A stretch of 63,320 bases of DNA, the filler included, from Sphacelaria rigidula (lineage: Eukaryota), in the NCBI GenBank assembly GCA_964200075.2. It is 7 parts of 7 records of this genome, joined end to end, with 100 filler letters (N's around TTAATTAATTAA, not from the genome) between each part and the next. Parts side by side here need not be neighbours in the genome. Positions count along the whole stretch, not along the records: positions 18,121 to 27,080 come from CAXNAA020009645.1; positions 27,181 to 36,140 come from CAXNAA020009646.1; positions 36,241 to 45,200 come from CAXNAA020009647.1; 4 more parts are not named here. The stretch is one strand, 5' to 3'. A model generated the notes under the pieces. That model was not told where the DNA came from and did not search any database. It saw nothing but the letters and a program-made list of their open reading frames with translations. The translations under genes and the position numbers were made by a program. This document shows positions 23,726-37,050 of this stretch, piece by piece. Every line of letters begins with the position of its first letter. Within the stretch, counting starts at the first letter, position 1.

Positions 23726-23814
23726 ATGTTTCGTGACAAGAATTACTCTCCACCACCAGGAGACGGCTTGGTCGTCAATTCCGACGAGATGCGAGTACTC
23801 ACGCAGCACAGAAG
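23726..23814 (+). CDS. EAF6: EAF6/MEAF6 (NuA4 histone acetyltransferase subunit), probable exon 1
   Basis: MFRDKNYSPPPGDGLVVNSDEMRVLTQHR. Donor ag|gtcagc, phase 2, fits the next exon. Confidence 0.6.
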
Positions 23815-24707
23815 GTCAGCTCCAGCAGATGTTGTGTACTGTACTGGAGATATTTTCTGCGGTCGTTGCTGTGTCGGGGTTGGCATGTTGACATTCTTTC
23901 AGCGATTGGGGATGTTTGTTCGGAAACTGAACACAAAACCGGTCGGTGCGCGGACAGTTGAAGAAGACATGCACGAGTCATGAAAATGCGATGTTCCGTG
24001 TGTCGCGCCCTGTGTGAAGCTGTGTGTGTGGGTTTGTCCGCTCCTAACGATCGGGTTGGGCCTTCGTCAACACGAAATGTAGGTATACATGATTCATGTG
24101 TATTCATCAAACGAGTAAATTGTGTAGACCCGTGTCTCCTCGCATCCTAATTTCTTGTAAATTGAAGAATACATGCACTCGTCGAGTTCATGTTCCTGGA
24201 GACTTCGAAACACTACCATATCGTAGGGGCGAACAAAACGGTTACCCACCATATTATACTCGTACCGATCATTGAACCCGACACGGCGATGCATCTCCGC
24301 GTGATGGGAACGATTTTTTCTAAGTCGCTGCAAGGGGTTGAAGCCTTCCTCTCAAGAACTTACACCAGTTGCCCGAAGACCCGGGTGTATCACCTTGCGA
24401 TGGCCATGCGGGACGGGTACTCCAGAAACATGTTATACCCAGAGAAATGTAGAACGGTTACCCACTGAAGCCCCCTTTGTGTGCCCCAGCTCTGCGTTGT
24501 ACACGGGGCACCCAACCTATATGGCCGGCAATTTTTGGCCAATGGAAAGCATGCTGCAGAAGCCACCCACATAAACCAAGCCTGTGGACCCGAGAGTATT
24601 ATTGCTCGACATGTACAGTATTACTGCGTTTGAATTTGCAGACATGAACCCCTCTTGACCCGAACGAAACGCCCGGTGTCACGAAACGTCCGTTGTGGAC
24701 CAACCAG

Positions 24708-24824
24708 GGAGGTCGACGTAAGCTTGGCAGACATTGAGGCGCAGATCTTCCACGAGGAAGGGTCTTACATCAAAGAGACGCCATGTGGGAACGTCATTCG
24801 GGGATTCGACTCTTTTCACGACAG
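24708..24824 (+). CDS. EAF6: EAF6/MEAF6 exon 2 (absent from the supplied ORF track)
   Basis: EVDVSLADIEAQIFHEEGSYIKETPCGNVIRGFDSFHD matches the Eaf6 core L..LE.QI...EGSYL.ET..GN.IRG.D. Bounded by aaccag| and ag|gtgatg. A possible further exon at 25422-25479 is tentative. Confidence 0.85.
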
Positions 24825-25033
24825 GTGATGAAAATGACCACTATGAACTAGACTTGTCTCCGTACAGTAACCCTTTGGAACGCGCGTGTTTTTTTTTCTT
24901 GTCTTCGTTGTCCACGAACAGTTCAGTCTCGCGAGGTTCGGGACAATCAATACACGCCAATTCGGTCATGGGCGATCAGCACTTTAGAAGGGATTGAGCA
25001 TTTCAATACTCTACGGCAAGAACATTTACTTAA

Positions 25034-25131
25034 CCCTTAGACCGCGAGATTAGTCTTTCTGGATCATGCCTACTTTTTTTCACTTGAAATTGATGCCGAC
25101 TCAACAGAAGACTAACTTCGACGTCTAAGGG
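25034..25131. mobile_element. piggyBac-like MITE (98 bp)
   Basis: TTAA|CCCTTAGAC...GTCTAAGGG|TTAA. Confidence 0.8.
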
Positions 25132-25868
25132 TTAAGTTAATCCGCAGACCGCTCGGGTGCGTCGTCTGGGTATTGCATCCATTTTTGCGAAGGGAAATTA
25201 TACCATTTCGTCAGATTGCCTACCATGGCGGTCAAAGGAGCTGACTCCTTGGACGGCCGGGCCCCTGGTTGGGCCCTAAACGGATAGGACAGGCTTGTTG
25301 GAGGGTTCGATACAAAGGTTTTCATGAAAGATAGTTCCTCGAAAGAAAATGCTGTCGTCACGGACATGCCACATGTTGTGCTTCTTCGTCCGGAAGCCGC
25401 GACAGCACATTGCCATTCCAGCACAGCAAAGCAACAGCGGCGATCGCGCCAGCCAGAGCGTAGAGCGCACAGACCAAAGGTATGGAGGCAGAGCAGGTCT
25501 GTCCATACCCTGTTGCACCAGTTGTACATGTTGCCATACGTGCACGAAAATGTTAGCACACACAACAGTGTAGTGATTGACACAACAAAGAAAGCTTTCG
25601 CTCTCTTCTCTCATCCATGGCTCAAGACTGTTGCATACCTATGGGCTCACTTTTTGTTTTACAACTCGTCTGCAGAGCGCTTCTGTTTTCAAGTGTCCGC
25701 CCATGCCTTCGAAAGCCATCCTCCAAACTTCGCGGACCTGTCAGCGGCAGAATAACTCGAAACAGAAAGCACGGGCGTTAAGAGAGTTCAAATCAACTCT
25801 TCAGAAGATATCTCTGATGCAAATTGATCGGGATATTTTTGCACTACCTCAGGCAAAAGGGTATTTAA

Positions 25869-25977
25869 CCCTTTGACCGCCGGAGGTGGTCCATTTTCGA
25901 ATCGGCATTATATTTGATCCCTTTTCAAGTGAAAATAACGCTGATTCACAAATACACCACCTCCGGCGATCAAAGGC
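25869..25977. mobile_element. piggyBac-like MITE, second family
   Basis: TTAA|CCCTTTGACCGCCGGAGGTGGT...ACCACCTCCGGCGATCAAAGG, related to 7310-7400 and about 8457-8577. Confidence 0.65.
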
Positions 25978-26216
25978 TTACTGTAGGCAGCCACAGGTAG
26001 TATCTAGATGAGACAACAAAATGGCAAATCGTCACCAGGTGGTGCCTGAAAGACGGACGGATAAACGAAGAAAAACACGTGTGTATGCAATTGAAAAGCT
26101 GATGAACTTTGCACTGTAGATCAATCTGCGAGCATGATATCAGAGCATCCAAATGACTTGCTTTCTCTGCTGTGACCATGTACAGGCTGGGCCGCCTAAG
26201 ACGCGGACAAGGATGT

Positions 26217-26514
26217 GAACACGCGATTTAGCAGCTGAATTTCAGGTCGTTTTCTATGAAATTTCGACACGATGTAAAGGATGTATGTGCAAAGACGCCA
26301 CCTTTTCCACCCTATATTTTTTCTTTTCTTTTTTGAAGTTTTTCACGATTTTGTTCCGAAAAACTGCTCTGAGATGTTTGGTCGCCGATTACTCACGGAG
26401 AAGAAAAAAAATATATAGGACGGGAAAAGGTGGCGTCTTTGCGCATACATCCTGTACATCGTGTCAAAATTTCATAGAAAACGATCTGAAATTAGGTTGC
26501 TGAATCGCGTGTTC
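26217..26514. mobile_element. Foldback MITE with ~110-bp inverted arms
   Basis: GAACACGCGATTTAGCA... / ...TGCTGAATCGCGTGTTC. A related diverged copy follows at about 26590-26850. Confidence 0.7.
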
Positions 26515-27080
26515 GTGTTCGAGACTGGTTCCCATGTGGAGATGGACGAGCCACGAAAAATGAAACGCGGTTAGGCTGTTCAATATCAAGTATTTTTTCA
26601 CGAAATCCCGACATGATGCGCATGTGGTATGTTGTGAAGTCCCTATTGTCCCCCCTTGACATTTTTGTTTTTTTTCAATGAGCTGTCGACGCTTTTGTAG
26701 CCGGAAAACTGTTTCGAAATTCAGATCACCAATAACTCACGAGGGGAAAAAATACGGGAAAACGGTAGGGGCTTGACATATACCTAATGTACATCATGTC
26801 AAAATTTCATGGAAAACGACTTGAAATTGAGCAGTGAAATCGTGTTTTTCTGTCGAGAATCGGTTCACTTGCTTTTAGAGTACAACAACCTCAGCCCGAA
26901 CTTTGACGTTTTCTACAAGCCCGACGCCTTGGGGCGCTGGAGGTCTCGTCTGCGTGCCACCTCAGATCCTGCGCGTACAGAACGACATGAAATGTTGTAT
27001 AACCACAACTAGTGCAGCACCATCACTTTGCGGCCGCGGCACAACCGACTGTAACCGTAAATGCGATTTCAGCCGTTTTT

Positions 27081-27180
27081 NNNNNNNNNNNNNNNNNNNN
27101 NNNNNNNNNNNNNNNNNNNNNNNNTTAATTAATTAANNNNNNNNNNNNNNNNNNNNNNNNNNNNNNNNNNNNNNNNNNNN
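27081..27180. other. Artificial contig linker
   Basis: N44-TTAATTAATTAA-N44. Confidence 0.98.
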
Positions 27181-28179
27181 GTTGTGGTGGGCTTGCGGGG
27201 TGTGGGTGTGGGGGCGGTGGGGGGGGGGATGTCCCTTTGGGGCATTGCAGGGGGGCTCACAGATGTCCGTCGAGGAATCTTTTTTTTACTTACACTCGTC
27301 ACTTTAGGTCTTCGTTCAATATTTAATTGGGTTCCTTATTATCTAAATTGCTTTTTCGGAATTCTCCGAAATTGTCGAGACAGGAAACGTGCTTGATGGT
27401 TCTCGAAAACTTGCGAGCGCCACGGCGTTTTCACAGGGCAGCTCTCCAAAGTGCTGCGTTGCCGTCCGGATTTTCCGGACTTCTCCAAAAATGAAGCTTA
27501 GGAGAAAAATCAAGCCGTTTCTGAACGCAGGGTCCGAAAACTCAGAAATTTTCTGAGATCCCTGAAAAAAAGCAGCGTCGATAATAATGGGCCTCGGTGA
27601 GGCATACTGTGTCACTTCTCACCCCTCCCCTTCCCCCGGACAAGCCCGTGACCACAAGGGACCGGCCCATCTGCCCTTCGGCACAAATCTTACATTTTGG
27701 TTTCGCGGATTAGATCAGCACTTACTTCCCCCGCACCACGTCATCTTATCGTGTGATAAGCTCAAACAAGATGCTACTACTCACGTCCTCACGTTTCCAG
27801 CGGAAATCAGCTACGGTGTGTTTGGGGAAAATGTCGAACGAGACGAATCTGGCGGATCCAACCCCCAGCAAGGCTTGTTTTTCCGACCTCGTAATGCTGT
27901 GTGTCAAGTGGACCATTGGACAACCGCGGCGCGGCGGCAATATCTCAACATCGCAATAACAGTACAGTGTGCATCTGTCCTGTGTATATACTTGGAACGG
28001 TATCGTGAATAAGTCTGTGTTCTATCCAGCATTCATTAGTATATACCGGGCGTTGCTCCCTGCTTCATCCATATATATATGTCTGATTTCTAGTCTGCGT
28101 ACGTCTCTGCTCGCAAATTCCGTACCTACACCACTATTATTTCCAAAGAAACACAGAATAACGCATGCAAACTGTATGT

Positions 28180-28546
28180 GTTGCAATCCCATCTATTAGT
28201 TTGGACACCATGCACGCTACACTTTTTCGTGTATGTGGGCGCATCAGCCGGCATCACACAAGAAGAAGGGCACACACACCGACTTTTAGATTTTGTTTTG
28301 TTTCAGTACTTTCGCCCCACATCTGTGGTGCTTGCATTTTTGTTTATCGCGAGGAGGGTTCAGCGATCCCCTTCCCTCGTCGGCGGTGATCTGGAACTTT
28401 GTGTACTCACGACATGGTCGCCCTTCATTGTTGAGCATGATGCGAGGAAAACAAAAACTCAGATCTTGTGAGTTTAACGAGATTCGAACCCAGTCCGAAC
28501 TGTCAGAAGGCTTCGAGGTTACCAACTCAGCCACGGGGGCAACGGG
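28180..28546 (-). mobile_element. tRNA-derived SINE, diverged full-length copy
   Basis: Head CCCCCGTGGCTGAGTTGGTAACCTCG...GGGTTCGAATCTCG. The body aligns to 586-921. Confidence 0.75.
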
Positions 28547-29011
28547 TGTGACATTATAGCTATTATAGTAGAATGACATACCCTTTGCACCTGGGCAACC
28601 AGCAGTGTAGTGCAATATACTACAGTACACAGTACCATACAACTGTCGCGGTCGTTCTGATTGCATGCGCGTGCGTGCGTGCGTGCGTGGCTACCCACAT
28701 CCCAATTTCTTTCGGATAATTCGCGGTGGCTATGTTGCAGCACGATATTTCAGAAAGAGATATCGAAGGATTATATTGATACCACCACACTACATTTTCG
28801 TTATTTCCATACCAGACCCGACTGATGCGCCCACATAATATGCCGAAAGTTGTAGACTGGCGTCTAGAATAGATAAGAAAACAACACGCACCACACCACT
28901 TGTTGTGCTGCCCCACACCATCATAATAACCAGGCAAGCTTCTTTCTGTTCGGTGGTGAGTCGTCGAAAAGCAAGAAACCGCATGTGATGAGATGCGAGG
29001 CAATACACGGC

Positions 29012-29125
29012 TGATGGTGATGGTGATGGTGGTGGTGGTGGTGGTGATGGTGGTGGTGGTGGTGGTGGTGGTGGTGGTGGCGGTGGCGGTGGTGGTGTGG
29101 CGGTGGTGGTGTGGCGGTGGTGGTG
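29012..29125. repeat. (GGT)n microsatellite
   Basis: Seen directly; it produces the poly-His, poly-Val and poly-Thr pseudo-ORFs. Confidence 0.95.
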
Positions 29126-30977
29126 CTACTACTACGACCGCGATGATACATGTACTACATGTATCACAACAGAGAGTTCGAGCTTCCGAAAGTTCAAGCC
29201 CTTTGTGCTCGCCATGCAGGAAGACCGTTGCCACACCCCCTGACATCCCGCTTAACAGCGAAATGATTTCAAGTGTTTTCTAATAATCCGGACTTGTACA
29301 GGAGACATTTCGGCCGCGGGTGATTGCCATTTAGCGTACATATGTTGGGAAAATCGAGGGGGTAGAAATAAATTGCCTGTGGGAGGTGCTAGATCCATCC
29401 CGTCATGTGACACGGGGGGACGCAATTGCTCCAAGGACAACAAAAAGCTTGATTCATTTCTAGAGTAAAAAAAGGTATCTCCGCGACCAACTGAACCAAC
29501 TGTTGAGCAAGTGTTCAGTATAATAAATAATCGAATTACTTGGACCTTGAATCTCAAACCACACCCATACGCACACACCCTCAGATCGAAACACACGTAG
29601 CATTATTTCGGCATTTACCGTACACGGCTTATGCTAGGTAGCGGCGGGTAAACAGAACGATGAAATACACAGCAGTTGGTTCACGCCACACACCTAACTC
29701 GTATTTCCTTCTCGCAAAGAAGGACAGCAGCAGGAACCGGTGAAACCCGGCAGCCCACAAACCAACCTGCCGTAGGTTGCCCCGAACCTCCATCCTTCAT
29801 CATCAGAGCACTGGCGATTGCCACAAACCACGTCGCTGAATCACCTTCACCGAGGTTGTTCGAAAGAAAGCGCGAGAGCGATTTTCTACACAAATACCAC
29901 TCAGCCAAGCAGCGCTGCACAACCCACAGCAGGCAGTAGATAAAGCGGGAACGCCAGGTGAGAGCGGCGTGCTGCGGGTGATTCTTACTGCGAAAGAAGC
30001 GGTATGCGCCCGGTAGTGGCCGCAGGTTTCTCGCCTCTTCAACCTCTCTGAGTGTGTTCTCGTTGTCTTGACGTGGCCCCAACCACAACGCGATGTGCGA
30101 TCGACTCGTTTCTAGAAAGCCACAGAGGTGAAGGTTTTCCAGGCACATCTGATGATTTGCGTGTCAAAAACAACTACCGCTACACCGCCAACATAATCCA
30201 CCACGAGCAGAAAAGAATCAGAGAGTGGGGTATGTGCCTGGGATACTACGGCATGGAGTGTGTAATGTCCTTGAAGTTTGCCCTCGGCGTGTGTGTCTGT
30301 GTGAGAGAGAGACTGCACATACATGAAATTTCGATTTTCCATTTGTGGACCGTATGTAAGTCCGTTTTCAAGTCATGGAGTTCTGAACGGCAAGCATCCA
30401 TCGCGTTTCCTTTTTTCTGGATGTACTCTTCACACATTTACCAATGAGCACAGAGAAACAACATCGCTCATCACCGTGGTAGTTCAGTCTATTGCCGGTG
30501 CTCAGGATAGCGGTGAGGGGCTCGGGGCCAGAGCTGCTGTCACGACAGCGGGTTGATGATTCGGGACATATATGCACAGCACAGAACAGCAGCATAATAA
30601 CGTATTATATGCATGCCGTGCACGAAAGAAGACGTCTCACTCGTCATCGTACACACGGTACAGGCCGAACGACAACCCACCTTACTCATTGTCCCCACTA
30701 CCTTTCATGAGGTGGATTTCCGTTTTACGCGTATTCTGTAGTGGCCTTGTGGTGATTTGGGGCTTTTGTGCGGCATGTTACACATGTATTTCATGCTGCC
30801 GCGGAACGCCGTGGCTCCTCCCCAAACTATCTTGCTCACGCCTTTCCGTTTCCGTACGTTTTTCTTCGAGAAACAAGAATGAGAGGGTTTCACAACTACA
30901 GTACACATAATGAATTAGTTAGCACACGCACACACACTACACTGTCATCGTGATGGGGTGGCGATCGATCCGCTGTT

Positions 30978-31014
<37 letters not shown>

Positions 31015-31229
31015 TGTAGCAAACATACGGTACGGGCCCTTCGATCTTGTGTGTCCGCGAAGCCGATGTGGATGCGTGCCACTGTCTTTCGTTGAAGAAA
31101 AAAAAGAGGGAGAGTCTTACTTGCTGCTCTGCCACTGTTGGTTTTCCGCTGGTCTTCTCCCGCTTTTCGTGTGCTTGTGCTCGTCGACGCGCGCGCAACA
31201 ACGATGAATCTGCAGATTGGGAAGCAAAT

Positions 31230-31311
31230 ATGAATCAAGCAGGGGTAGAGGCGGACAACAGCGTCGGCGGCACTGACAACGGCCCAATCATCCACGTGGA
31301 GAACGTGACAG
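31230..31311 (+). CDS. MYB-like (SHAQKYF class) transcription factor, first coding exon
   Basis: MNQAGVEADNSVGGTDNGPIIHVENVT with donor g|gtgcaa. The phase-1 join yields ENVTGRWT. The start codon is uncertain because there is also an acceptor at 31216. Confidence 0.6.
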
Positions 31312-32314
31312 GTGCAAGCGTACCGGTATAAAGCAGCACACAGTCAGAGAAGACGGGTATAGGTAATAATATGGGCACAGAGCATACGCACTGCACGATA
31401 CCACCCGCTGCAACAAGGCTACGAAGAGAAAAAGTAATACGAGGATGAGTCTGTTCAAGTTTCGTGCGTGGTGTCTGACTACAGACCGCAAATATTTCAT
31501 GTGCGCGCATACTGACTAAACTTTTTACCAGTGCCATTCCAATTCACGTCGAGATCTAGTTCGTGAACGGAAGTCACTGTGATGCCTGTCCTTCAAGCAA
31601 GGTAAAGCGGGCATCACTCCGTGTTCCGTTTGTTCTGTTACGTTCAAGGAGAAATACTGCTTCCACTATAGCACAGTCCGCCCTTTCATCGTGGTGGTGG
31701 TGGGCCATCTGGTGATGTGTTGAATCGTCAGCATATTTTCACTCGAAAATTGAATCCAAGATCCATTTCGCCAGCGGAACGTCCCTATATTGATAGCATA
31801 CACTGCCGTGCAATTGATGGTGGTGGATGAGGCCTTCAACGACCAAAAACGCGCGGCCAGTCTAATGAAGCGAATAACGCGGGGGAATAATGGACACGTC
31901 ATCTACCCCAAGCTGTTCAGCTGTTTTGTGTAGGACACGCGCTTCGTCCCGTATCCAGTTGGTTATTGCCTTCAGTATATGGCAACCGCAGTACTTTCAT
32001 CGCGGTTCCCTCGGCACAGGAAGCAAGCGGGCCTGTGGCACTTTATGTTTATTCCCCCGCCCACACGCAGCTAAAGAAATATCTTCTGAGAAACCCTCAA
32101 GCAAGGGATACACGTATACGGTGTCCGACGCAAAGTAAGTGTACGTTAGAATGCAGAGCTAAAATCTGCGCCCACGGCGCTGATTTCGGCAAAAAAGCGA
32201 CCTGCCGATGCTGGCGGCACCTGGGACAACTATGATCAGCCCCCTAAAGAGGGCTACTTGGATGTGGTCGTCTACACTGAAACCGAGGATTTACTCAACC
32301 ATGAAAAAAGCTCC

Positions 32315-32408
32315 TGTGTTGGCCTTCCTCCTGCGTGACCCCGGCTGATGTGCCCACATATTTTTGTACCGAAAGGTGGAGACTGGCGTCCAGAATAAAT
32401 GGGGTGAC

Positions 32409-32463
<55 letters not shown>

Positions 32464-32465
32464 AC
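32315..32465 (+). mobile_element. 3' part of the SINE with an expanded (CA)n tail
   Basis: CCTCCTGCGTGACCCCGGCTGATGTGCCCACAT...CGTCCAGAATAAATGGGGTGACAA followed by a long (CA)n. Confidence 0.75.
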
Positions 32466-32579
32466 GCATGAAAATTGCCCGCCATCCAGTTCGCGCCCTC
32501 CACGAAATCTCACTATTTTGCCGTTGCTTCGTTCGAGGACAGACACCTGTTACGAGTAAAAAATAGCTCTACAGTCACC

Positions 32580-32934
32580 CCGGTCGCCCCGGTCGCCCAG
32601 TTGGTAACCTCGAGACCTTTGACGGATGGATCGCGGCTTCGAATCTCGGAGCGATCTGGGATTTTCTCTCCCACAATGCCCAACAGTGGAGAGCGACCAT
32701 GTCGTGGGTACACAAAATTCGACTTGATGGCCGATGAGGGAAAGGGACTACTGCACCCCTCCCGCGATAAAAAGAACAGGCAAGCGCCGCAGAAGGAAGG
32801 TGGAAAACGAAAAACAAACAAACGAACAAACAAGTGCGTTGGCCCTCCTCCTGTGTAGCCCCGGCTGGTGTGCCCACATACACTGTATACCGCAAGGTAT
32901 AGACCGGCGTCCGGAATAGATGGGACGGACACAC
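32580..32934 (+). mobile_element. tRNA-derived SINE, full length
   Basis: A/B-box head, short (AC)n tail and a 9-bp TSD ACAGTCACC (32571-32579 and 32935-32943). Confidence 0.85.
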
Positions 32935-34894
32935 ACAGTCACCGCAATAATATGGCACCACCTCTTCTTCTTGACGTCTCACGTGGGCCGTCTGATTTGT
33001 TGAGTTGGCACTACATAATATCTTGTTCACTTTCTTCAAATCCAGCCGACATACACGATGAGGAAAGCGTTGGTGAAAACGTGCGTGTAGATACGATTAG
33101 ACACTATTATACTCATTATTACTGCAGGCTGCCTGACAGTGCTATCATCAATTAATTGTGTATTATAGTTTTAGACTGTAGTAGCTGAATGGTGGTATTG
33201 TACTCCTTTCTATTTCTAAAAAATGGGTGGGAGATGCACCCTGCCTGCCGCCTGCGGCAATGAAAGGGCTACTATTACCATTGTTCACAAGATACCAGCG
33301 GATCCTGAAAAATGGGTCGATCTCAAGAATGAGGTTCGCGTGGCATATCGTTTTTACAGGGATGACGCGTAACAGTAACACACAGCGAAAACATATTTCC
33401 CGTCAAAACTCTGCAACTGTGGATCATCAGTAGCTGTGGCTAAATGCACCGAACGACTGCGGTGTACGCGCGTGTCGATGACGATATCACCAGAGAGAAA
33501 AGCAACAACAGAGAGGAAGCTCCTCGCCCGTGTCCTTTGTGTGCCCTCACTGGGCGATTATCAATCGCTCGAGAGACTGGCATCATGCATGCTATCAGCA
33601 CGTACCGCATTTCTCATGTGCCGGTAGGTATCCCCAAAGAACATCAAGCTGCGGAGAGATTTCGTCTCTTTGTCCGTGGAGGTCACCAATGCGAAGATCG
33701 ATTTCTCTCCGCCTCTATTTTTGGACAGGACGCGCCTCTATGCGCTGAACAATAGGATAATATTCCCATCACCGCTACTACTGTTCTATGTCACACACAG
33801 GCCAGCAAGGACGGTGCGCTGCGGCAAAAATAACAGATTACTAAATTTGAACTGGGGGGGGGTGTTATTCATCGTTGATTTTCCCAACATGACGTATCTG
33901 ACCATCCCGACCACAGGAGCCTGCCACAGGCCAGTCGGGGTATGTGTGAGAGAGAGATCAAAAACTGGTGGAGACCTTCTTGACATGAGGAGTGAAAAAA
34001 GATACCTATGGTGTGACCGGACAGTTGCTAGCGTGGTGTAGAGGGGTGCGTCAGCTGCGATCTGGAGCTTTCCTGGCTCTACTCTACCGACTTCCATCCG
34101 CAGATCGTATCTCGGGAGGTCATACACGGTAACATTAATATGTTATCATGTCCCCAAAATCGGAACAATTACTTATGAAAACAAAACAGTTCGGTTTTCG
34201 ACACTACGTCCAGATCATTGAAATGGCTCTTCTTACCCGAGGGAAAGTGTCCGTTTTGGGCCCGGTCAAAAGTTCGAAGAAACTGTCGAACAGCACCACC
34301 AAACTTTGCTGGCATTAGCATCCGCCAATCAGTACAGTACGGAACACAAATCGACTGTTTAACGTTTTATTATTCTTACTATCTGAGTTTCGGAAACGAT
34401 GTTTTTTTCTGTCCGCGTTAATTTCTGAACAATTTGACAATTCCCCAAGACTCGCACTACTTACCTCATCCTTTTGAGCTTCGCATGTGTGGTGCGAGAA
34501 ACGAAGAGAGTTTAGAGGTCCTGACTTCATGAGATATATACCAGGCTGAGAAAAACCAGGCTGAGAAAAGAATCGCGTTTCCGAAACTCTCTATTGACCA
34601 ACTGAATAATGAGTGAGCTGTCGCTCTGGCTTCAAAAAAGGGTGAAGCAACTGGACGGGTATTAGTTGACCATATGAGCACCCCTTGTTTTCATCCGGTA
34701 GCCGTGGTCACAGCACGATCGAGTCAACTGGTTAGGTTTACTTGGACTGGAATAGTTCGCGGCGGAGTTAAATTGTGCTGAGTCAGCATAGCCCTGTACT
34801 GAACCAATGAAAGCAGGGTCCGACGTGGCGAAAACGTTCGTTAGTTATCATTTGTTTCTCGTTGTATCTGTTTATCACGATTTCTGTCTTCTGC

Positions 34895-34930
<36 letters not shown>

Positions 34931-35087
34931 AGTGCCGGCTGCTAATGGCATACAAACTGAACAAAATAACTTTCAAGCCTTTGAATATTCGTATACTTAC
35001 CCCACATCGATGTGCGCAAATACTCGTTAACAACCTGCGTGTGTGTTTGTATACCATTCATTGACTCTCTGTCTTCTAAACATACAG

Positions 35088-35199
35088 GACGATGGACTAC
35101 GAACGAGCACACCCGGTTCGTTGACGCCACGCGACTCCACGGAAAGAACTGGAAAATCGTCCAGCAGTACGTGCCCACGCGTACCGTCGTTCAGATTCG
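35088..35199 (+). CDS. MYB-like (SHAQKYF class) DNA-binding domain exon; the rest of the gene is not seen
   Basis: GRWTTNEHTRFVDATRLHGKNWKIVQQYVPTRTVVQIR, bounded by atacag| and cg|gtgaga. The exon ends just before the expected (T/S)HAQKY. Confidence 0.9.
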
Positions 35200-35208
35200 G
35201 TGAGAACC

Positions 35209-35240
<32 letters not shown>

Positions 35241-36140
35241 CTAGCGTAACATGACAGTGGCGATTTGCTCTCAGCAGCACGTCACGACGCAACACAGGAA
35301 ACTCGACACAACAGCGATTTCAGTTTGTCTTTCATCCAGCCCATCCCTACTCCGCAGTATGTATGCGTTGGCACTGGTTGGCGATTAAAAAAGAACGCAC
35401 GAGTTCCTTAAACAAGCACATCGCCACTTATGTGATTCTCTCCAAGTGATGGGAGTCCTTATAGGCACTGTTTTTGCACCCCCGCTAGCTCACCAATCCT
35501 ATGAATGACGTGCTTTAATCGCAAGCTAAGGAAGCACTCCCTTTCAATGATGATCCCCACCCTTCGGGCAGTTTGTTTGCCAAAATGGTTCTCCATGCTA
35601 GCGCGTGAACGCATGATGCGCCGTACATTTGAAAGAGTAATCTCCGCCCCCTAGTTCCCGCTATTCATCTGGACGCTACATGTAGTCGAGGCATTTAAGC
35701 TCTACAGAGTTTCGAAGAGGCATTGGTCGGAGAATGACGACGTCGGCGTTGAGTCGATTTCTCATAAACAGCAATTGTCGCAGACTAGAGTGCCCTTGCA
35801 AAATAATCAGGGGTCACCTAAGCAGTGGTGCTTGGAAAATGATTGTGCGGCAAGCTATTTGATTATCGCGGTATCACTGCAGTTCATGGCACGGCTCGAC
35901 GTGGCGTGGGTGATAACAGCCAGTCATCGAAATGGATGATGGAGCTTTTCATCGAAGATGAGAACCCGGAGGATTAATATCTTTGTATCCACACCAAAGG
36001 TTTGAAATATGGTCCCATTTCTTCACCTGCTGATAGCTATTGGCCGGTACTACACGTCATGGAAAATTGGATTTCGAAAAGAGTCATCCTACGATAGGGG
36101 GGGGGGTATTTTGGGCCATTTGTTGCTCGAAATTCCGAGT

Positions 36141-36240
36141 NNNNNNNNNNNNNNNNNNNNNNNNNNNNNNNNNNNNNNNNNNNNTTAATTAATTAANNNN
36201 NNNNNNNNNNNNNNNNNNNNNNNNNNNNNNNNNNNNNNNN
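36141..36240. other. Artificial contig linker
   Basis: N44-TTAATTAATTAA-N44. Confidence 0.98.
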
Positions 36241-36589
36241 CCCCCCCCCATATCGCACTTCAATCCTTATTTTCACATGAAACCATTGTCCAGCGCTTCA
36301 TTCAGCTCCAAAAATGATTTTGACATTTCTACGCGCGCGACACACACACACACACACACACACACCCGTGTTCGGAACAATTTTCGAAACAATTTTCGGA
36401 TAGCGGGAGGCTTTCGGAACGTTTTATTTGCGTTTTCGGCACAATTTTCGGACAAGAGAATGCAGAACAGAGTACTCCTCCCGGAATCCGGACCCGCACG
36501 ATCCGCTCGAAGTCGTGCACAGTTGTGCTCGTATAGTAGCATTTTTACCATCGGGGAAGGACGCCCCAGGCCGTCCGTGTCTTGGGGTA

Positions 36590-37042
36590 CTTCTTATGTA
36601 TTAAAAGAAAACTTGTTGAAAAGTGCATTTTTGGCCCTCCTGCGTCGTTTCCCCCCCGAAAAGAGGGCTAGGCGGACGTTGACACGTTTTGACTTGCTCT
36701 ACTCGCTGAGGCGGTTCCAAGGCACCTTCGCGTTACCCCTGGGTCAAGGTTTCGTTTTCAGCCAAAGTTGCATTTTCAATAAAAAAACGGCCAAGTTACC
36801 AGAAAAATGTCATTCTTCCCCTTGTTTTTTGATAACTTGACTGTTTGTTATTGAAAATGCAACTTTGGCCAAAAATGAAACCGTGACCCACGGGTAACGC
36901 AAAGGTGCCCTGGAACCGTCTCGGCGAGTAGAGCAAGTCAAAAGGTGTCAACGTCCGCCTAGCCCTCTTTTCGGGGGGGAAACGACGCAGGAGGGCCAAA
37001 AATGCACTTTTCAACAAGTTTTGTTTTTTGATACATAAGAAG
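36590..37042. mobile_element. Foldback element with ~215-bp inverted arms and a TA TSD
   Basis: TA|CTTCTTATGTA...TACATAAGAAG|TA. The same pseudo-peptide reads from both strands. Confidence 0.85.
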
Positions 37043-37050
37043 TAAGAAGT

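Noticed and set aside
28921-29283. Poly-His, poly-Val and poly-Thr ORFs
   Set aside because: They are translations of a (GGT)n microsatellite.
36277-37017. Two ORFs sharing LKSAFLALLRRFPPEKRARRTLT on opposite strands
   Set aside because: This is a by-product of the inverted repeat arms.
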